A DNA stretch of 64,000 nt from positions 39,432,001-39,496,000 of the forward strand of contig OZ024746.1 in assembly GCA_964016885.1 (NCBI GenBank), in the 5' to 3' direction. A program made the translations under genes and the position numbers. Of the stretch, positions 1-11,741 are shown piece after piece. The notes under the pieces are model-generated. The model was not told where the DNA came from, searched no databases, and saw only the letters and a list, made by a program, of their open reading frames with translations. The stretch's first letter is position 1; every line of letters begins with the position of its first letter. The stretch is from Eledone cirrhosa (Eukaryota).

Positions 1-2
1 GT

Positions 3-428
3 TGTAACTGTAGAAACAAGGCAAACTGCCCATTAAAAGGAAATTGCCTTGTTAATAACATAGTATATAAATGTAAAGTTAACACTAAACACTCAATTTA
101 TTCATATATAGGAGCTACCTCTAACACATTTAAGGTAAGATTTAATACCCACAAACATAGCTTTAAAAATACCGCACTAGCTAATACAACATCTCTAGCT
201 GAAATAATTAATAATTATAGAAAGAGGAATATAGATTATGACCTGACCTGGAGTGTGCCCAAAAGGGCCACCCCTTATCAAAATAATAGATATGAATGTA
301 GATTATGTTCCCAAGAACTTTTTGAAATAATGAAATCTAAGGATATCCTATTAAATAAGCGACAGGAATTAATAATATCGTGTAATCACAAACTGAGAAA
401 AACCTTTAAATATTATAAACCTAATTAA
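3..428 (+). CDS. C-terminal GIY-YIG endonuclease of Penelope-like polyprotein (5' partial)
   Basis: Frame 3 reads [24 protein letters not shown]...YIGATSNTFKVRFNTHKHSF...ECRLC...[16 protein letters not shown]; closely similar to the C-terminus of ORF 19178-20548. Confidence 0.9.
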   Translation, partial: CNCRNKANCPLKGNCLVNNIVYKCKVNTKHSIYSYIGATSNTFKVRFNTHKHSFKNTALANTTSLAEIINNYRKRNIDYDLTWSVPKRATPYQNNRYECRLCSQELFEIMKSKDILLNKRQELIISCNHKLRKTFKYYKPN

Positions 429-658
429 TATACATCTTAGAAATTAATATATAAACTGTTTTTAATTTAGTTAACCTATAATTAATATTCTACTACTGAT
501 GAACTACATAATTTTACTTTCCTTCTTACAACTATCATTTCCTAAAACTGATACCATTAAGTAAACATATATAATGCTTTAATTTCAGGCAGGTTATGAC
601 TCTATGTTCCTTGAAATCTCTACATATTTATTATAAATTTAACCCCCCCCCCAATAAT

Positions 659-660
<2 letters not shown>

Positions 661-690
<30 letters not shown>

Positions 691-784
691 TGTATGTATG
701 TATGTATGTATGTATGTATGTATGTATGTATGTATGTATGTATGTATGTATGTATGTGTGTATATATATATGTGTATGTATGTG

Positions 785-821
<37 letters not shown>

Positions 822-836
822 ATGTGTGTGTATGTG

Positions 837-905
<69 letters not shown>
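661..905. repeat. Compound microsatellite (TATG)n/(TG)n/(TA)n inside the PLE 3' UTR
   Basis: Read directly. Confidence 0.95.
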
Positions 906-909
<4 letters not shown>

Positions 910-1160
910 TTTATATTCTTTTAATTTCCCCTCATCTTTAACAGCACTCTTCAACTACATCTAACTCTTATTTATCATATCTATATGCATTAGTATAATT
1001 TTATCAATATAAATATACCCATCACTTAAATTAATTTATATTCTTTTCATGGATGTATTTTTTTCACTAACACTCTTATCGTAAAATTTTAGTCTCCTTA
1101 GATATTTGCATTGGCATTACTATTTTATAACAGCAACTGTTCGTATACCTTTTACTGACC

Positions 1161-1620
1161 TGACCTATTTTCACCCCTAAAATAACCTTCTCATTCTTCA
1201 CACTCCATTCAAAACTGAAATCTACCTTCATCTACCCCTAAAATAAACTTCAATTACTACTATTTTACCATTTGGCCAATTATTAACTCTCTATTGGTTA
1301 ATTCTAAACCTGTTACCAAACAGACAGACTATATCAAATCTTTGTTGATTTTATTCAATGAACAAATATAATTATTTCTGAGGTCAGCATACGACCTATT
1401 TTCATCCCTAAAATAATCTTTCATTCATAATATTCTTTTCCATCTAAAACTGAAATCTACCTTCCTCTACCCATAAATTAAGGTTCTTTTACTACTAGAT
1501 TACTATCTTGACCTTCACTATCTTTCTATTGGTCAATTCAAAACCTGTTCACAAACAGACCTATTGTATTAAATCTTTGTTTTTTCAATAAACAAATATC
1601 ATTATTTCTGAAGACGGCAT
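1161..1620 (+). repeat. Diverged tandem duplication (~230 bp x2) in the PLE pLTR
   Basis: GACCTATTTTCA(C/T)CCCTAAAATAA...AAAACTGAAATCTACCTTC...ATTATTTCTGA recurs from ~1162 and ~1393. Confidence 0.8.
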
Positions 1621-1740
1621 ATATATGTGTAGGTATGTATATTCCCTCTGATAGTTTGTATAAATATTTTACATAGATCTATAGAATATGCATACCAACA
1701 CTAACACATATATATCCTAGAAACGATCGTAAAATGATGA
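1599..1740 (+). ncRNA. Type I hammerhead ribozyme motif, extended stem II
   Basis: Stem I TCATTATTT/AAATGATGA; core CTGAAGA 1608-1614; 105-nt stem II; GAAA 1720-1723; palindromic ACGATCGT stem III; GTA cleavage triplet 1729-1731. Confidence 0.8.
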
Positions 1741-1928
1741 ATTTTTTTAATATAAGGAACTGTTTCTTTGTTTATTCATTACTTTATTAATTTATCTTGA
1801 CTCTGTTTTCCGTTAATTTTCACCGAAAATAGTTTTTGAATGCATCTTCTCTTTTCATGATATCCGGATTACATTGAGTTCTTCATACGGATTGGACACT
1901 ACCGTAAATTTTTGGTAGATTTATCTAC

Positions 1929-2033
<105 letters not shown>

Positions 2034-2240
2034 TATGTATGTATAAATATATCATTACAAAATAGTGAATGACATATATACATACATATATATCTAATGA
2101 TATATACGTGCAATAGAACATAACTTTAACAGGAGATAATCATTACGGTATCATATAAAAAAATTAACCAAAATTTAAAATATAGAAACCTTATAAAAAT
2201 TATATATATATCTCCTTTATCCGTCAGAAACCATGGATAC

Positions 2241-2509
2241 GTTTCACCAAAATATCAGTGCAGTTAGATGATCGATCTGGAGAAATTAGGCTGCTATTTC
2301 TTGAGAGATTAGGCTGCTATTTCTAGTTGTCCTTAAACCCTTTCACGTCACTGGCACAGTGACAGTGTACATGGTTTTTTTTTATAATACCATGTGCTTC
2401 TTCGCTGTTCTCAGTTCTGTATTTAACGTGTGAAAAGTTCAGATGGATCGATTCTCCTTTACTGACGATCCTGATCGATCATCTAACCGCACTGATATTT
2501 TGGTGAAAC
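2241..2509. mobile_element. MITE-like element or fold-back with 41-bp inverted repeats
   Basis: GTTTCACCAAAATATCAGTGCAGTTAGATGATCGATCTGGA (2241-2281) matches the reverse complement of 2469-2509 with 2 mismatches. Confidence 0.6.
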
Positions 2510-2731
2510 TGAAAATTTCAGTCATGAAATTTCAAATTTGAAAATTGAAAATATTAATTTTTTTTTCTACATTGATACATAATTCCCAGCTAGATAGAAA
2601 TGTAAAGTTAACTATCTTGCTGTTAGAATTATGCCATCCATTTATTTAAACATTACAAGTCCTGTTAGAATAACATCATTTATAAAGTTGTTTTTCTGTT
2701 CTGAGTCTGTTGCGAGAAATGCAAATAACGA

Positions 2732-2985
2732 TTCTTCCTCTTCTCTAGTTCACTCTCTTATTTCTTGGAGGGTCACGGGATAGGGCCCTCAGTCAGACTC
2801 GCCTTCCAGAGGGTCATATCAGAAGCAACTGTCTCCAAATGATCCGGCTGGATCCCTAAGCGAGACCAACCGAGCTCATGGATGTTATTCAATCGTTGTC
2901 TGCCTCTGAGTCTCCCGCCGGTTAGCTTTACCCGTGAAATCTGCCCAACGATTCTTTCCTTAGACATATGATAATGATCCTCAAT
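2732..2985 (-). mobile_element. RTE-like LINE 3' remnant
   Basis: KERIVGQISRVKLTGGRLRGRQR...ELGWSRLGIQP...VASDMTLWK resembles the RTE C-terminus; homologous to 58900-59170; short GAA-like tail. Confidence 0.6.
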
Positions 2986-3768
2986 ATATAATTGTGGTCT
3001 TGAATATGTAATTGTGGTTCTGATCAGAAGAGTGTAATTGTATAACAAATACAAGCAAAGATACGTGGTTATGATTGAAGATATATTCATTGTTGGGTCG
3101 GTTGTAGTAGGCTAATGGATAATTAGTCATTCGGTTTATCAATTACGATTTCGACTCGCGTCGTAATCGAAAGTGAATCTCCTCAATGTTATTTTAAAAT
3201 CGTCGGTTCTGTCTATAATTAGCTGATCTAGATGGCAATGAAGTACCTATGGTGTGGTGCTTTGGCAAGAAACATCGAAATACCAAGATAATCGGGCTTT
3301 TAGTTAAAGAGAAATCTTGCTTAGTTTGCCTCAAAATTTGATAGATGGGTAGATAAATAGATAACGAATGAAAAAAAAGGCGTAGAATGAGATAATAGGT
3401 GAATAGACTGATACGTATAAAATGATGGGAAAAAACCTGATGGAACTAGGAATATTTCGAGTTTTATCATGAATAAAGTTTTTATAATGAATTAAATGAG
3501 AAACTATATGACTGTCCTGGAATTCTTTAACATTTTGTCTGCCAAGAAAACGTTGCTTAATGGTGAAAAACTAATTTTATCAATCCCAGCGATTCATCTT
3601 CAGCAGCGACTTTCTACTTTACCGAAACCCAAACATCAATCAGAAGAAATCCTATATATGACTGTTGAGTTTATTTTGTTTAATACGGAACTCTTTTATG
3701 TATATTTGGTCACTACGCTACCGGTAAAATACCCCCCCCCCCCCAATATGTTGTTTTTTAAAAAAGCC

Positions 3769-4025
3769 GTGTGCAATAGTGTGGTTCATCTGTAGTACAT
3801 CTGTTTAGCTGGGTGCTATTGTGTAGTAAATCTGTAAAGCTATGTGCAATAGTGTAGTACATTTGTAAAGCTGAGTGCGATAGTATGGTACATCTGTAAA
3901 GCTGTGTGCAATAATGTGCTACAAATGTAAAGTTGTGTGCAATAATGTAATACATCTGTAAAGCTAGATGGAGTCGTGTGGTACATTTATAAAGCTGGGT
4001 ACACTCGTATGGCACAGCTGTAAAT
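3769..4025. repeat. 31-bp minisatellite, ~8 diverged copies
   Basis: TGTAAAG(C/T) recurs at 3833, 3864, 3895, 3926, 3957; unit ~GTGTGCAATAGTGTAGTACATCTGTAAAGCT. Confidence 0.85.
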
Positions 4026-4482
4026 TTAAGTGCACTGAGCTATTGAAATTCAAGAATCAATGTAGGGCTGATATCCCTCACAACTGCCAATCATTTGCTT
4101 GGCTGTGGCTCTCAAATTATTGCAAACAATTTGTAAATGTTAGTGACACACATTTAATTCAACAATTTTATATCTAATTCGTAATTCAAGAAATGAATTA
4201 TTGATACAACGGAGGCCACCAAGACATGTCTTCTAAGAGTGATTAAGGTACCGACCAAAGGTGAAAGGTTTATAAGATTTAAAGAAAACTTTGAAATCTT
4301 CACTAAATCAAACTGTCAACTTATTGATGTTGTGTCAAAATACACTTCATTTTTCTAGGAGACATGATTGGAAGGGCGCCAACCATTGACTACATTAAAG
4401 TTCCAAAAGTATTGAGGAATTATAAGATTTTGTTTGATTCAAACAAGAATGAATATTTTTATCACATTTATGTAATATTCAC

Positions 4483-4501
4483 ATATCTATCTATATATCT
4501 T

Positions 4502-4590
<89 letters not shown>

Positions 4591-4614
4591 ATATCTATCT
4601 TTATATATCTATAT
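4483..4614. repeat. (TATC)n microsatellite
   Basis: Read directly. Confidence 0.95.
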
Positions 4615-5541
4615 TTATCAGTGGAGACTCCACCGCAACATTCTATAGAGGGCTGGTACGCAGCAGGTGCGACGACGCCCTCGGAGAAGCCCTAGACATG
4701 GAGGAGGACGAACTGGCCAGCCTGTTCGGTAGGACATTCAGCCCGGGACCTATGGACAACTTCCAGAAGTCCCTGGCCTGGCAGTGCTACCGAGGGGCTT
4801 TACCCGTTCGAGAAAGGCTCTACAGACACGGGCGCCCGGGTAGGGACCCCGCCAAAAAGATCTGTCCCAGATGCGTGTGCGACGAGGAAACCGTTGCACA
4901 CGCATTGGTACACTGCTCGGGCGTAGCCGATCTGTGGGGCTATGTCGAACAACTGCTGTCAAGGGTGGGACCGATCCGGTTGACCACCGAGTCTATTGTA
5001 ATGATCAAGCCGCCTCCCCCCTTCAAAGATGAAGCAGAGGCGGTGTTTCTGTGCGTAATAGCCATGGCGAAAGAGGTTGTATGGTGGACGCGTCTGAAAG
5101 GACTGAGGTCAGGCACCTTTCTCTCTGGCCAACAACTGGTCCGTTTCTTCCGATATCATTTCGGAAGAAGGATCAGGATGGAGAGAGAGGTGCTGCACCC
5201 TAGCCGTTTCTATGAAAGATGGGTGAAAGTGGCGAGAATGGCCCGTGTGAATGGGCCTTCACTCTACATCAGACTATAGGTGAGGAAGATGAAAGACCAA
5301 GGGAGCACCCCTTCTCTGTGCTCCTGAGGAGAAGGGTTGCACACTTTTTTCGGGGGTGTGTGCGACCCCCCAAGGCGCCTCCTCTCTATTGAGGATTTTG
5401 TTAAAAATTTCATTTTTTGTTATATCTTATTTTATTTTTATATTTTGTTATTGCCTCCTCCTTATTGAGGACGCCTTTTTGTGTAAACTCCCCCCTTTGT
5501 ACTTGTCCCACTTTTGATGCCCTAGTGGCAAATAAAAGAAA
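4615..5541 (+). mobile_element. Tx1/L1-type LINE copy 1, 5'-truncated (ORF2 C-terminus + 3' UTR)
   Basis: Near identical to 8904-9830 (offset 4289); ORF 4698-5279 equals the last 193 aa of ORF2; flanked by (TATC)n. Confidence 0.95.
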
Positions 5542-5542
5542 C

Positions 5543-5658
<116 letters not shown>

Positions 5659-5659
5659 A

Positions 5660-8600
5660 CTGACACCAACACAAAAGAGCTCACAACAACAGCAAACAAA
5701 AAACACCTCACAAAAACAAAAACATGCATACACATACATAAATACAAGAAACAAAAAACTGTTAAACATTGTGTACAACAACAATCTAATAAAAACACAA
5801 GGGCCTAACTTCACCCAGGCAGGGGATTTCCCCCACCTCAAAATGATTAAGGCCCCACAGGACACCTATAAAACTTTAAAAAACAATTTTAAAGAGGACG
5901 TGGGTCCCCCCTGCGTCGGGCCCATTAACCGCGTCCTCCTAAAAAACTATCCCACCCCCTCCCCAAACACCCTCACAACTCCAAGCTCCCCAACCACACA
6001 ACACACTGATGCCCCCACACTTCCACAAACCACCACCCCACCCAACAACCCATCCCCCACCCTAATGGAAATTGTGCAGCCCGATACCCGGGACGCAGAG
6101 AGGTAAGTGCCTTTTCTCTTCACCACCAACATGGCTATGCTAAGAGTAGGCTGTTTAAATGCGCGTGGCCTGGGCTCAACTTGGAAGCAAGCAATGCTTC
6201 TAAATGACCTCAGGTCACAACGTATAGATGTGATGGTTATTTGCGAGGCCCGGATCAGCAACGTGCGACAGCTGGCCCCCACCTTTGATGACTTTGAGAT
6301 GCACGCATCTCTCTGTCAGCCCGGAGGTGGGGGTGGAGTTGTCGTTCTGCTGCAAAAACATCTGGGTCTCGCAACACAGATGGTACATTTGGACCCGGAG
6401 GGTCGACTAGTGGTTCTGGACCTTGGCAGTGGTAAAGGCGGAGCGTTTAGGTTGGTAGCCGCCTACGGCCCTTTCGGGTCAATGCGGCCGGACTTCTTCC
6501 ATCGTCTGGAGACTTTTCTAGGGACGTCCCGCTCCTTGCTATTAGTGGGGGACTGGAATGGTATCCTAGATGCACGCTGGGACTACGTAGGGGCCTGCCC
6601 CGATAGAGAGGGGTGTAATAGCCTCAAAGGGTTAATCGGTCGATTTGACCTGGCCGATAGATATCGACTAGATTTTCCGACTGCGCCAACCTGGACTTGG
6701 GCAAATCGTAGCGGATCATCTAGGTCGTACCTAGATAGGTTCTTAGTTAGAATTAAGGATAAGGACTTTTTAAGTTGTCCAAAAATGCGCATGGTTGGCT
6801 ATTCAGACCACAAATTAGTGACCTGCATGGTCAACCTTGACAGAACTCATAGACAGGGCCCCGGTTACTGGAAGCTCAACTTGTCCTTGCCGGCAAGTAG
6901 AGCCTACAGGAATCGGATTAGTACGTTAGTTAAGGAACGGTTGACTGGAGCGATCGTCAACAGCAGGTGGTGGGTATCTCTAAAGAGAGAGATTAGAGTA
7001 GTCTCGATAGAATTTAGTAAGGTTCTAGCTGCGGATAGGAATAGGAAGGAAAGGGAGCTAATAGATAGAGTAGAAGAGGCAATTAGAAGCGGCGACGTGG
7101 CCAGAGTGCTAGCATCGAGAACGGCTTTGAGCCAGTTTTTCGACGCGAAGCACGAAGGCTGCGTTGTCCGAAGTAAAATACGTGCTCTAGGGAACGAGGG
7201 GACCAAAGCTGTTAGCTGGGCCCGCGTGACAGAGGCCAACAGTGGAACTAAATCCACCATCCGGTCTTTGCGAGACCTGGATGGACGGGCGATTCTTGAG
7301 CCTAAGCAGATGTGTGAGGCCTTTCAAAGGCACTTTGCCCGACTGTTCGGGAGGGGCGGGGAGCCGGTTGGGAACGTGGACTTCGGTCCATACCTCGACG
7401 GCCTGCCGCGCCTCTCGGACAGGGAGGCGAAGTCCTGCGAGGAGCCGATTTCGGCCGCTGAGATAGAGGACGTGCTGAGCCAATGCGGCAAACGCAAATC
7501 CCCGGGTCTCGATGGTCTTCCTTACGAATTATATCTAGCTATGCCGGACTTGTTCCCCGATCTCCTCGAGGCGGTCTACTGCAACTGGCAACAGAACGGG
7601 AGAATTCCCTGTACTGTGACCAAGGGCGTAGTCACGCTAGTGAGGAAGGACGAGAACAAGGGGGACGAAATAAGTAACTTCAGGCCCATAACTCTGCTAA
7701 ATACAGAGTTACAGATTTTGGCCAAGGTGCTAGCAAAGAGGTTGGCGCTTGTCGTGGGCAACCTGGTGGGAGATGCGCAGACATGCGCTATCCCGTCCAG
7801 GTCCATCCATGACAACCTCCACCTCATGCGATACATCATAGAGAGGGTTGGGAACGAACCCGGCTTTGGTGGGGCTCTGATCAACTTGGATCAATCTAAG
7901 GCGTTCGATAGGGTCGACCATGGTTACCTGGATGCGGTGCTAGCGGCGGCAGGCTTCGGACACGTTTTCAGGGGCTGGATCACTGCTATGCACAGCGGCC
8001 GCATCTGCTCTAGGGTCAAGGTGAACGGCTACCTCTCGGAGCCGTTCAAAATCGCGCGGTCCATCCGACAAGGGTGCCCTCTCTCCTCCCTTCTGTATGT
8101 GTTGACTCTCGAGCCACTACTGCGGAAGTTGGAGTTGTTGCAGGGCATCCCTTTGGAACCGGGATTGCGGAAAGCGGTGTCGGCCTACGCCGATGACGTG
8201 ACAGTAATGGTGTCGACGGCCTCCGAAATCGAGGCGGTCGGCACCTTACTGGAGGAGTACGAAAAGTTCACAGGGGCTAAGCTGAACCGGGACAAGTCGA
8301 TCGGTTTGCAACTCGGCACGTGGAGGGGCAGACCGATGCCCTCCGATAGCGTCGTCGGACGCTGGACGGAGGGCCCGGTGAAGTTGCTCGGGGTCTGGTT
8401 CGGACCGGACCTCCAGGTGGAGAAAAACTGGGCGGAGGTTACGAACAGGGTGTTTGCACTGACCCAGAAGTGGGCCAGTTGCAAACTATCCCTGAAAGGC
8501 CGGGCGGAGGTGGCGAACACCTACATAGCGTCCGTCATCTACTACCGCCTGACCGTAGTGCCCTGCCCAAGGGAAACCCTCACCAAGATGGAGCGCGCGC

Positions 8601-9830
8601 TCTTCCAATTCCTTTGGAAGAGGCGGGCTCCTATGGTGAGGAGATCCATCTGCTGTCAACACCCTTCGAAAGGAGGGCTGGGGATGCCGTGGCTAATGAT
8701 GCGTAAACACGCATTAAGGCTACGGCACCTCTACGTATTCCTCACCGGACAACCGGTGTGGGCCTCGTTTGTGAGACGAACCTTTCCCAGACTCGTCTCA
8801 CTCACCGAGCTGCAATCCTGGGTCAAGCAAAGACCGAGAAAACTGGGCGCCTGGCACACTGAGTGTGCCCAGGCGCTCACCGCCCTCTGGCAGGCGGATC
8901 CGGTTATCAGTGGAGACTCCACCGCAACATTCTATAGAGGGCTGGTACGCAGCAGGTGCGACGACGCCCTCGGAGAAGCCCTAGACATGGAGGAGGACGA
9001 ACTGGCCAGCCTGTTCGGTAGGACATTCAGCCCGGGACCTATGGACAACTTCCAGAAGTCCCTGGCCTGGCAGTGCTACCGAGGGGCTTTACCCGTTCGA
9101 GAAAGGCTCTACAGACACGGGCGCCCGGGTAGGGACCCCGCCAAAAAGATCTGTCCCAGATGCGTGTGCGACGAGGAAACCGTTGCACACGCATTAGTAC
9201 ACTGCTCGGGCGTAGCCGATCTGTGGGGCTATGTCGAACAACTGCTGTCAAGGGTGGGACCGATCCGGTTGACCACCGAGTCTATTGTAATGATCAAGCC
9301 GCCTCCCCCCTTCAAAGATGAAGCAGAGGCGGTGTTTCTGTGCGTAATAGCCATGGCGAAAGAGGTTGTATGGTGGACGCGTCTGAAAGGACTGAGGTCG
9401 GGCACCTTTCTCTCTGGCCAACAACTGGTCCGTTTCTTCCGATATCATTTCGGAAGAAGGATCAGGATGGAGAGAGAGGTGCTGCACCCCAGCCGTTTCT
9501 ATGAAAGATGGGTGAAAGTGGCGAGAATGGCCCGTGTGAATGGGCCTTCACTCTACATCAGACTATAGGTGAGGAAGATGAAAGACCAAGGGAGCACCCC
9601 TTCTCTGTGCTCCTGAGGAGAAGGGTTGCACACTTTTTTCGGGGGTGTGTGCGACCCCCCAAGGCGCCTCCTCTCTATTGAGGATTTTGTTAAAAAATTT
9701 ATTTTTTGTTATATCTTATTTTATTTTTATATTTTGTTATTGCCTCCTCCTTATTGAGGACGCCTTTTTGTGTAAACTCCCCCCTTTGTACTTGTCCCAC
9801 TTTTGATGCCCTAGTGGCAAATAAAAGAAA
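5660..9830 (+). mobile_element. Tx1/L1-type LINE copy 2 (probable ORF1 tail, intact ORF2, 3' UTR)
   Basis: Intact EN-RT-CCHC ORF; ends GTGGCAAATAAAAGAAA then (TATC)n. Confidence 0.95.
6131..9568 (+). CDS. LINE ORF2: APE endonuclease, reverse transcriptase, CCHC zinc knuckle (Tx1/L1 clade), 1145 aa
   Basis: EN motifs LNARGL, GDWN, LDRF, SDH; linker GPGYWKLN; RT motifs KSPGLDGLP, NFRPITLLN, DQSKAFDRVDH, RQGCPLS, YADD; CPRC..ETVAHALVHC; ATG in CCAACATGG context. Confidence 0.93.
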   Translation: MAMLRVGCLNARGLGSTWKQAMLLNDLRSQRIDVMVICEARISNVRQLAPTFDDFEMHASLCQPGGGGGVVVLLQKHLGLATQMVHLDPEGRLVVLDLGSGKGGAFRLVAAYGPFGSMRPDFFHRLETFLGTSRSLLLVGDWNGILDARWDYVGACPDREGCNSLKGLIGRFDLADRYRLDFPTAPTWTWANRSGSSRSYLDRFLVRIKDKDFLSCPKMRMVGYSDHKLVTCMVNLDRTHRQGPGYWKLNLSLPASRAYRNRISTLVKERLTGAIVNSRWWVSLKREIRVVSIEFSKVLAADRNRKERELIDRVEEAIRSGDVARVLASRTALSQFFDAKHEGCVVRSKIRALGNEGTKAVSWARVTEANSGTKSTIRSLRDLDGRAILEPKQMCEAFQRHFARLFGRGGEPVGNVDFGPYLDGLPRLSDREAKSCEEPISAAEIEDVLSQCGKRKSPGLDGLPYELYLAMPDLFPDLLEAVYCNWQQNGRIPCTVTKGVVTLVRKDENKGDEISNFRPITLLNTELQILAKVLAKRLALVVGNLVGDAQTCAIPSRSIHDNLHLMRYIIERVGNEPGFGGALINLDQSKAFDRVDHGYLDAVLAAAGFGHVFRGWITAMHSGRICSRVKVNGYLSEPFKIARSIRQGCPLSSLLYVLTLEPLLRKLELLQGIPLEPGLRKAVSAYADDVTVMVSTASEIEAVGTLLEEYEKFTGAKLNRDKSIGLQLGTWRGRPMPSDSVVGRWTEGPVKLLGVWFGPDLQVEKNWAEVTNRVFALTQKWASCKLSLKGRAEVANTYIASVIYYRLTVVPCPRETLTKMERALFQFLWKRRAPMVRRSICCQHPSKGGLGMPWLMMRKHALRLRHLYVFLTGQPVWASFVRRTFPRLVSLTELQSWVKQRPRKLGAWHTECAQALTALWQADPVISGDSTATFYRGLVRSRCDDALGEALDMEEDELASLFGRTFSPGPMDNFQKSLAWQCYRGALPVRERLYRHGRPGRDPAKKICPRCVCDEETVAHALVHCSGVADLWGYVEQLLSRVGPIRLTTESIVMIKPPPPFKDEAEAVFLCVIAMAKEVVWWTRLKGLRSGTFLSGQQLVRFFRYHFGRRIRMEREVLHPSRFYERWVKVARMARVNGPSLYIRL

Positions 9831-10071
<241 letters not shown>

Positions 10072-11332
10072 GTCCTGACCTCCAGGTGGAGAAGAAATGG
10101 AACGAGGTGACGGCCAAGGTGTTTGCACTCACCCAGAAGTGGGCCGAGTGAAAACTATCCTTGAAAAGTCGAGCGGAGGTGGCGAACACTTTTATAGCCT
10201 CCGCCATCTACTACCGATTGACCGTCGTGCCTTGTCCAGCCAAAACGCTCACCAAAATGGAGCGCGCACTCTTCCAATTCCTTTGTGGGCCCCGTTCGTG
10301 AGGCGAGACTTCCCACCACTCGTCTCGCTGACCGAGCTAGCTGCAGTCCTGGGTCAAGCAAAGACCGAGGAAAATGGGCGACTGGCACATCGAATGTGCT
10401 CAGGCGCTCACAGCCCTCTGGCAGGCGGACCCGGCGATCAGTGGATAATCCACTTCGTCATTCTATAGAGGGCTGATTCGCAGCAAGTGCGACGACGCAC
10501 TCGGTGAAACTCTAGGCGTAGAGGAAGATGAACTGGCCAGTCTGTTCGGTAGGACCTTCTGCCCGGGACCGATAGACAACTTCCAAAAGTCCCTGGCCTG
10601 GCAGTGCTACCGAGGAGCTCTACCAGTTCGAGACAAGCTCTACAGACACGGGCGCCCGGGTAGGGACCCTTCGAAAAATATCTGTCCGAGGTGCGTGCGT
10701 GACGAGGAAACCGTCGCACACGCATTTGTACACTGCCCGGGCGTTACCGACCTGTGGGACTATGTAGAACGACCATTGTCGCGGGTGGGACCAATCCAGT
10801 TGACCACCGAGTCCATTGTCATGATCAAACCGCCATCCTCCTTCAAAAACGAGGGAGATGCGGTTTTCCTATGTGTTATGGCTATGGTGAAAGAGGTTAT
10901 ATGGTGGACGAGGTTAAAAGGGCTGAGGTCAGACAACTTTTTCTCTCCGGCGAGCAACTGATTCGTTTTTTCAAATATCATTTTGGAAGAAGAATCAGGA
11001 TGGAGAGAGAGGTGCTGTACCCCAGCAAATTTTATAAAAGGTGGGTGAATCTGGCAAAGATGGCCCGAGTGGTTTGGACCTTCTCTCTATATAAGCCTGT
11101 AGGTTGAGGAAAAAGAGGAAGAGAGGAAGGGAGTACTCACTCTTGGTGCTCCTGGAGATGAGGGTTGTACATTTTTCGGGGTGTGTACAACCCCTGTGTA
11201 ACACCTCCCTCCTATTGGGGATTTCAATTGTTATTTGTTATTGTATTAATAGTTTTATTTTCATATACCTGTATGTAAACTCCCCATTTGTATTTGTCCC
11301 CTTCTTTTGTGCCCTTGTGGCTAATAAAGAAA
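10072..11332 (+). mobile_element. Tx1/L1-type LINE copy 3, older, 5'-truncated, frameshifted, with an internal deletion
   Basis: Aligns by eye to 8409-9830 with many substitutions; ~140 bp deleted near 10285; ends GTGGCTAATAAAGAAA. Confidence 0.9.
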
Positions 11333-11741
11333 TTTATCTATTTCACTTATTTGTTTACTTCAACGTTCGTTATACACAAATCAACTAAATTATCGATCAG
11401 TTGTTCATTTTTCACTTTCCCTCTGTTTACTGTATGTATATTTAAGTATTGGCTTTAACATCTGCACATCTAATTAATAATTTAATAACAGAATGTAAAA
11501 AAGGGTTATATTTGGCTCACACAGCCGCTGTATTGTCGTGTGTCATGTATTATCCTGGCAAGAACTGTAACTGTTCAACAATGTAAACAACTAAACGATC
11601 TCAAAATTCTATAGAAGTAATGGCTTCTTATAATTCATCATGTTGTATAAGCCTATGGCATAATTTAGTCTTGTTTAGTTATAATATAGGATGGTATCAA
11701 TATGATTTCGTGTTATTGTAGTTAGTAATGTTCAGATGGTG

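Noticed and set aside
596-964. ORFs of [16 protein letters not shown] type throughout the track (e.g. 596-964, 16694-17975, 41555-42610, 61859-62396)
   Set aside because: Translations of microsatellites that lack stop codons; no coding evidence.
6583-9487. Antisense and alternate-frame ORFs inside the LINE coding regions
   Set aside because: Shadow ORFs of GC-rich coding sequence with no recognisable motifs.
9612-9660. CTGAGGA in the Tx1 3' UTR as a hammerhead core
   Set aside because: No GAAA after the hairpin, and the motif is not kept in copy 3.
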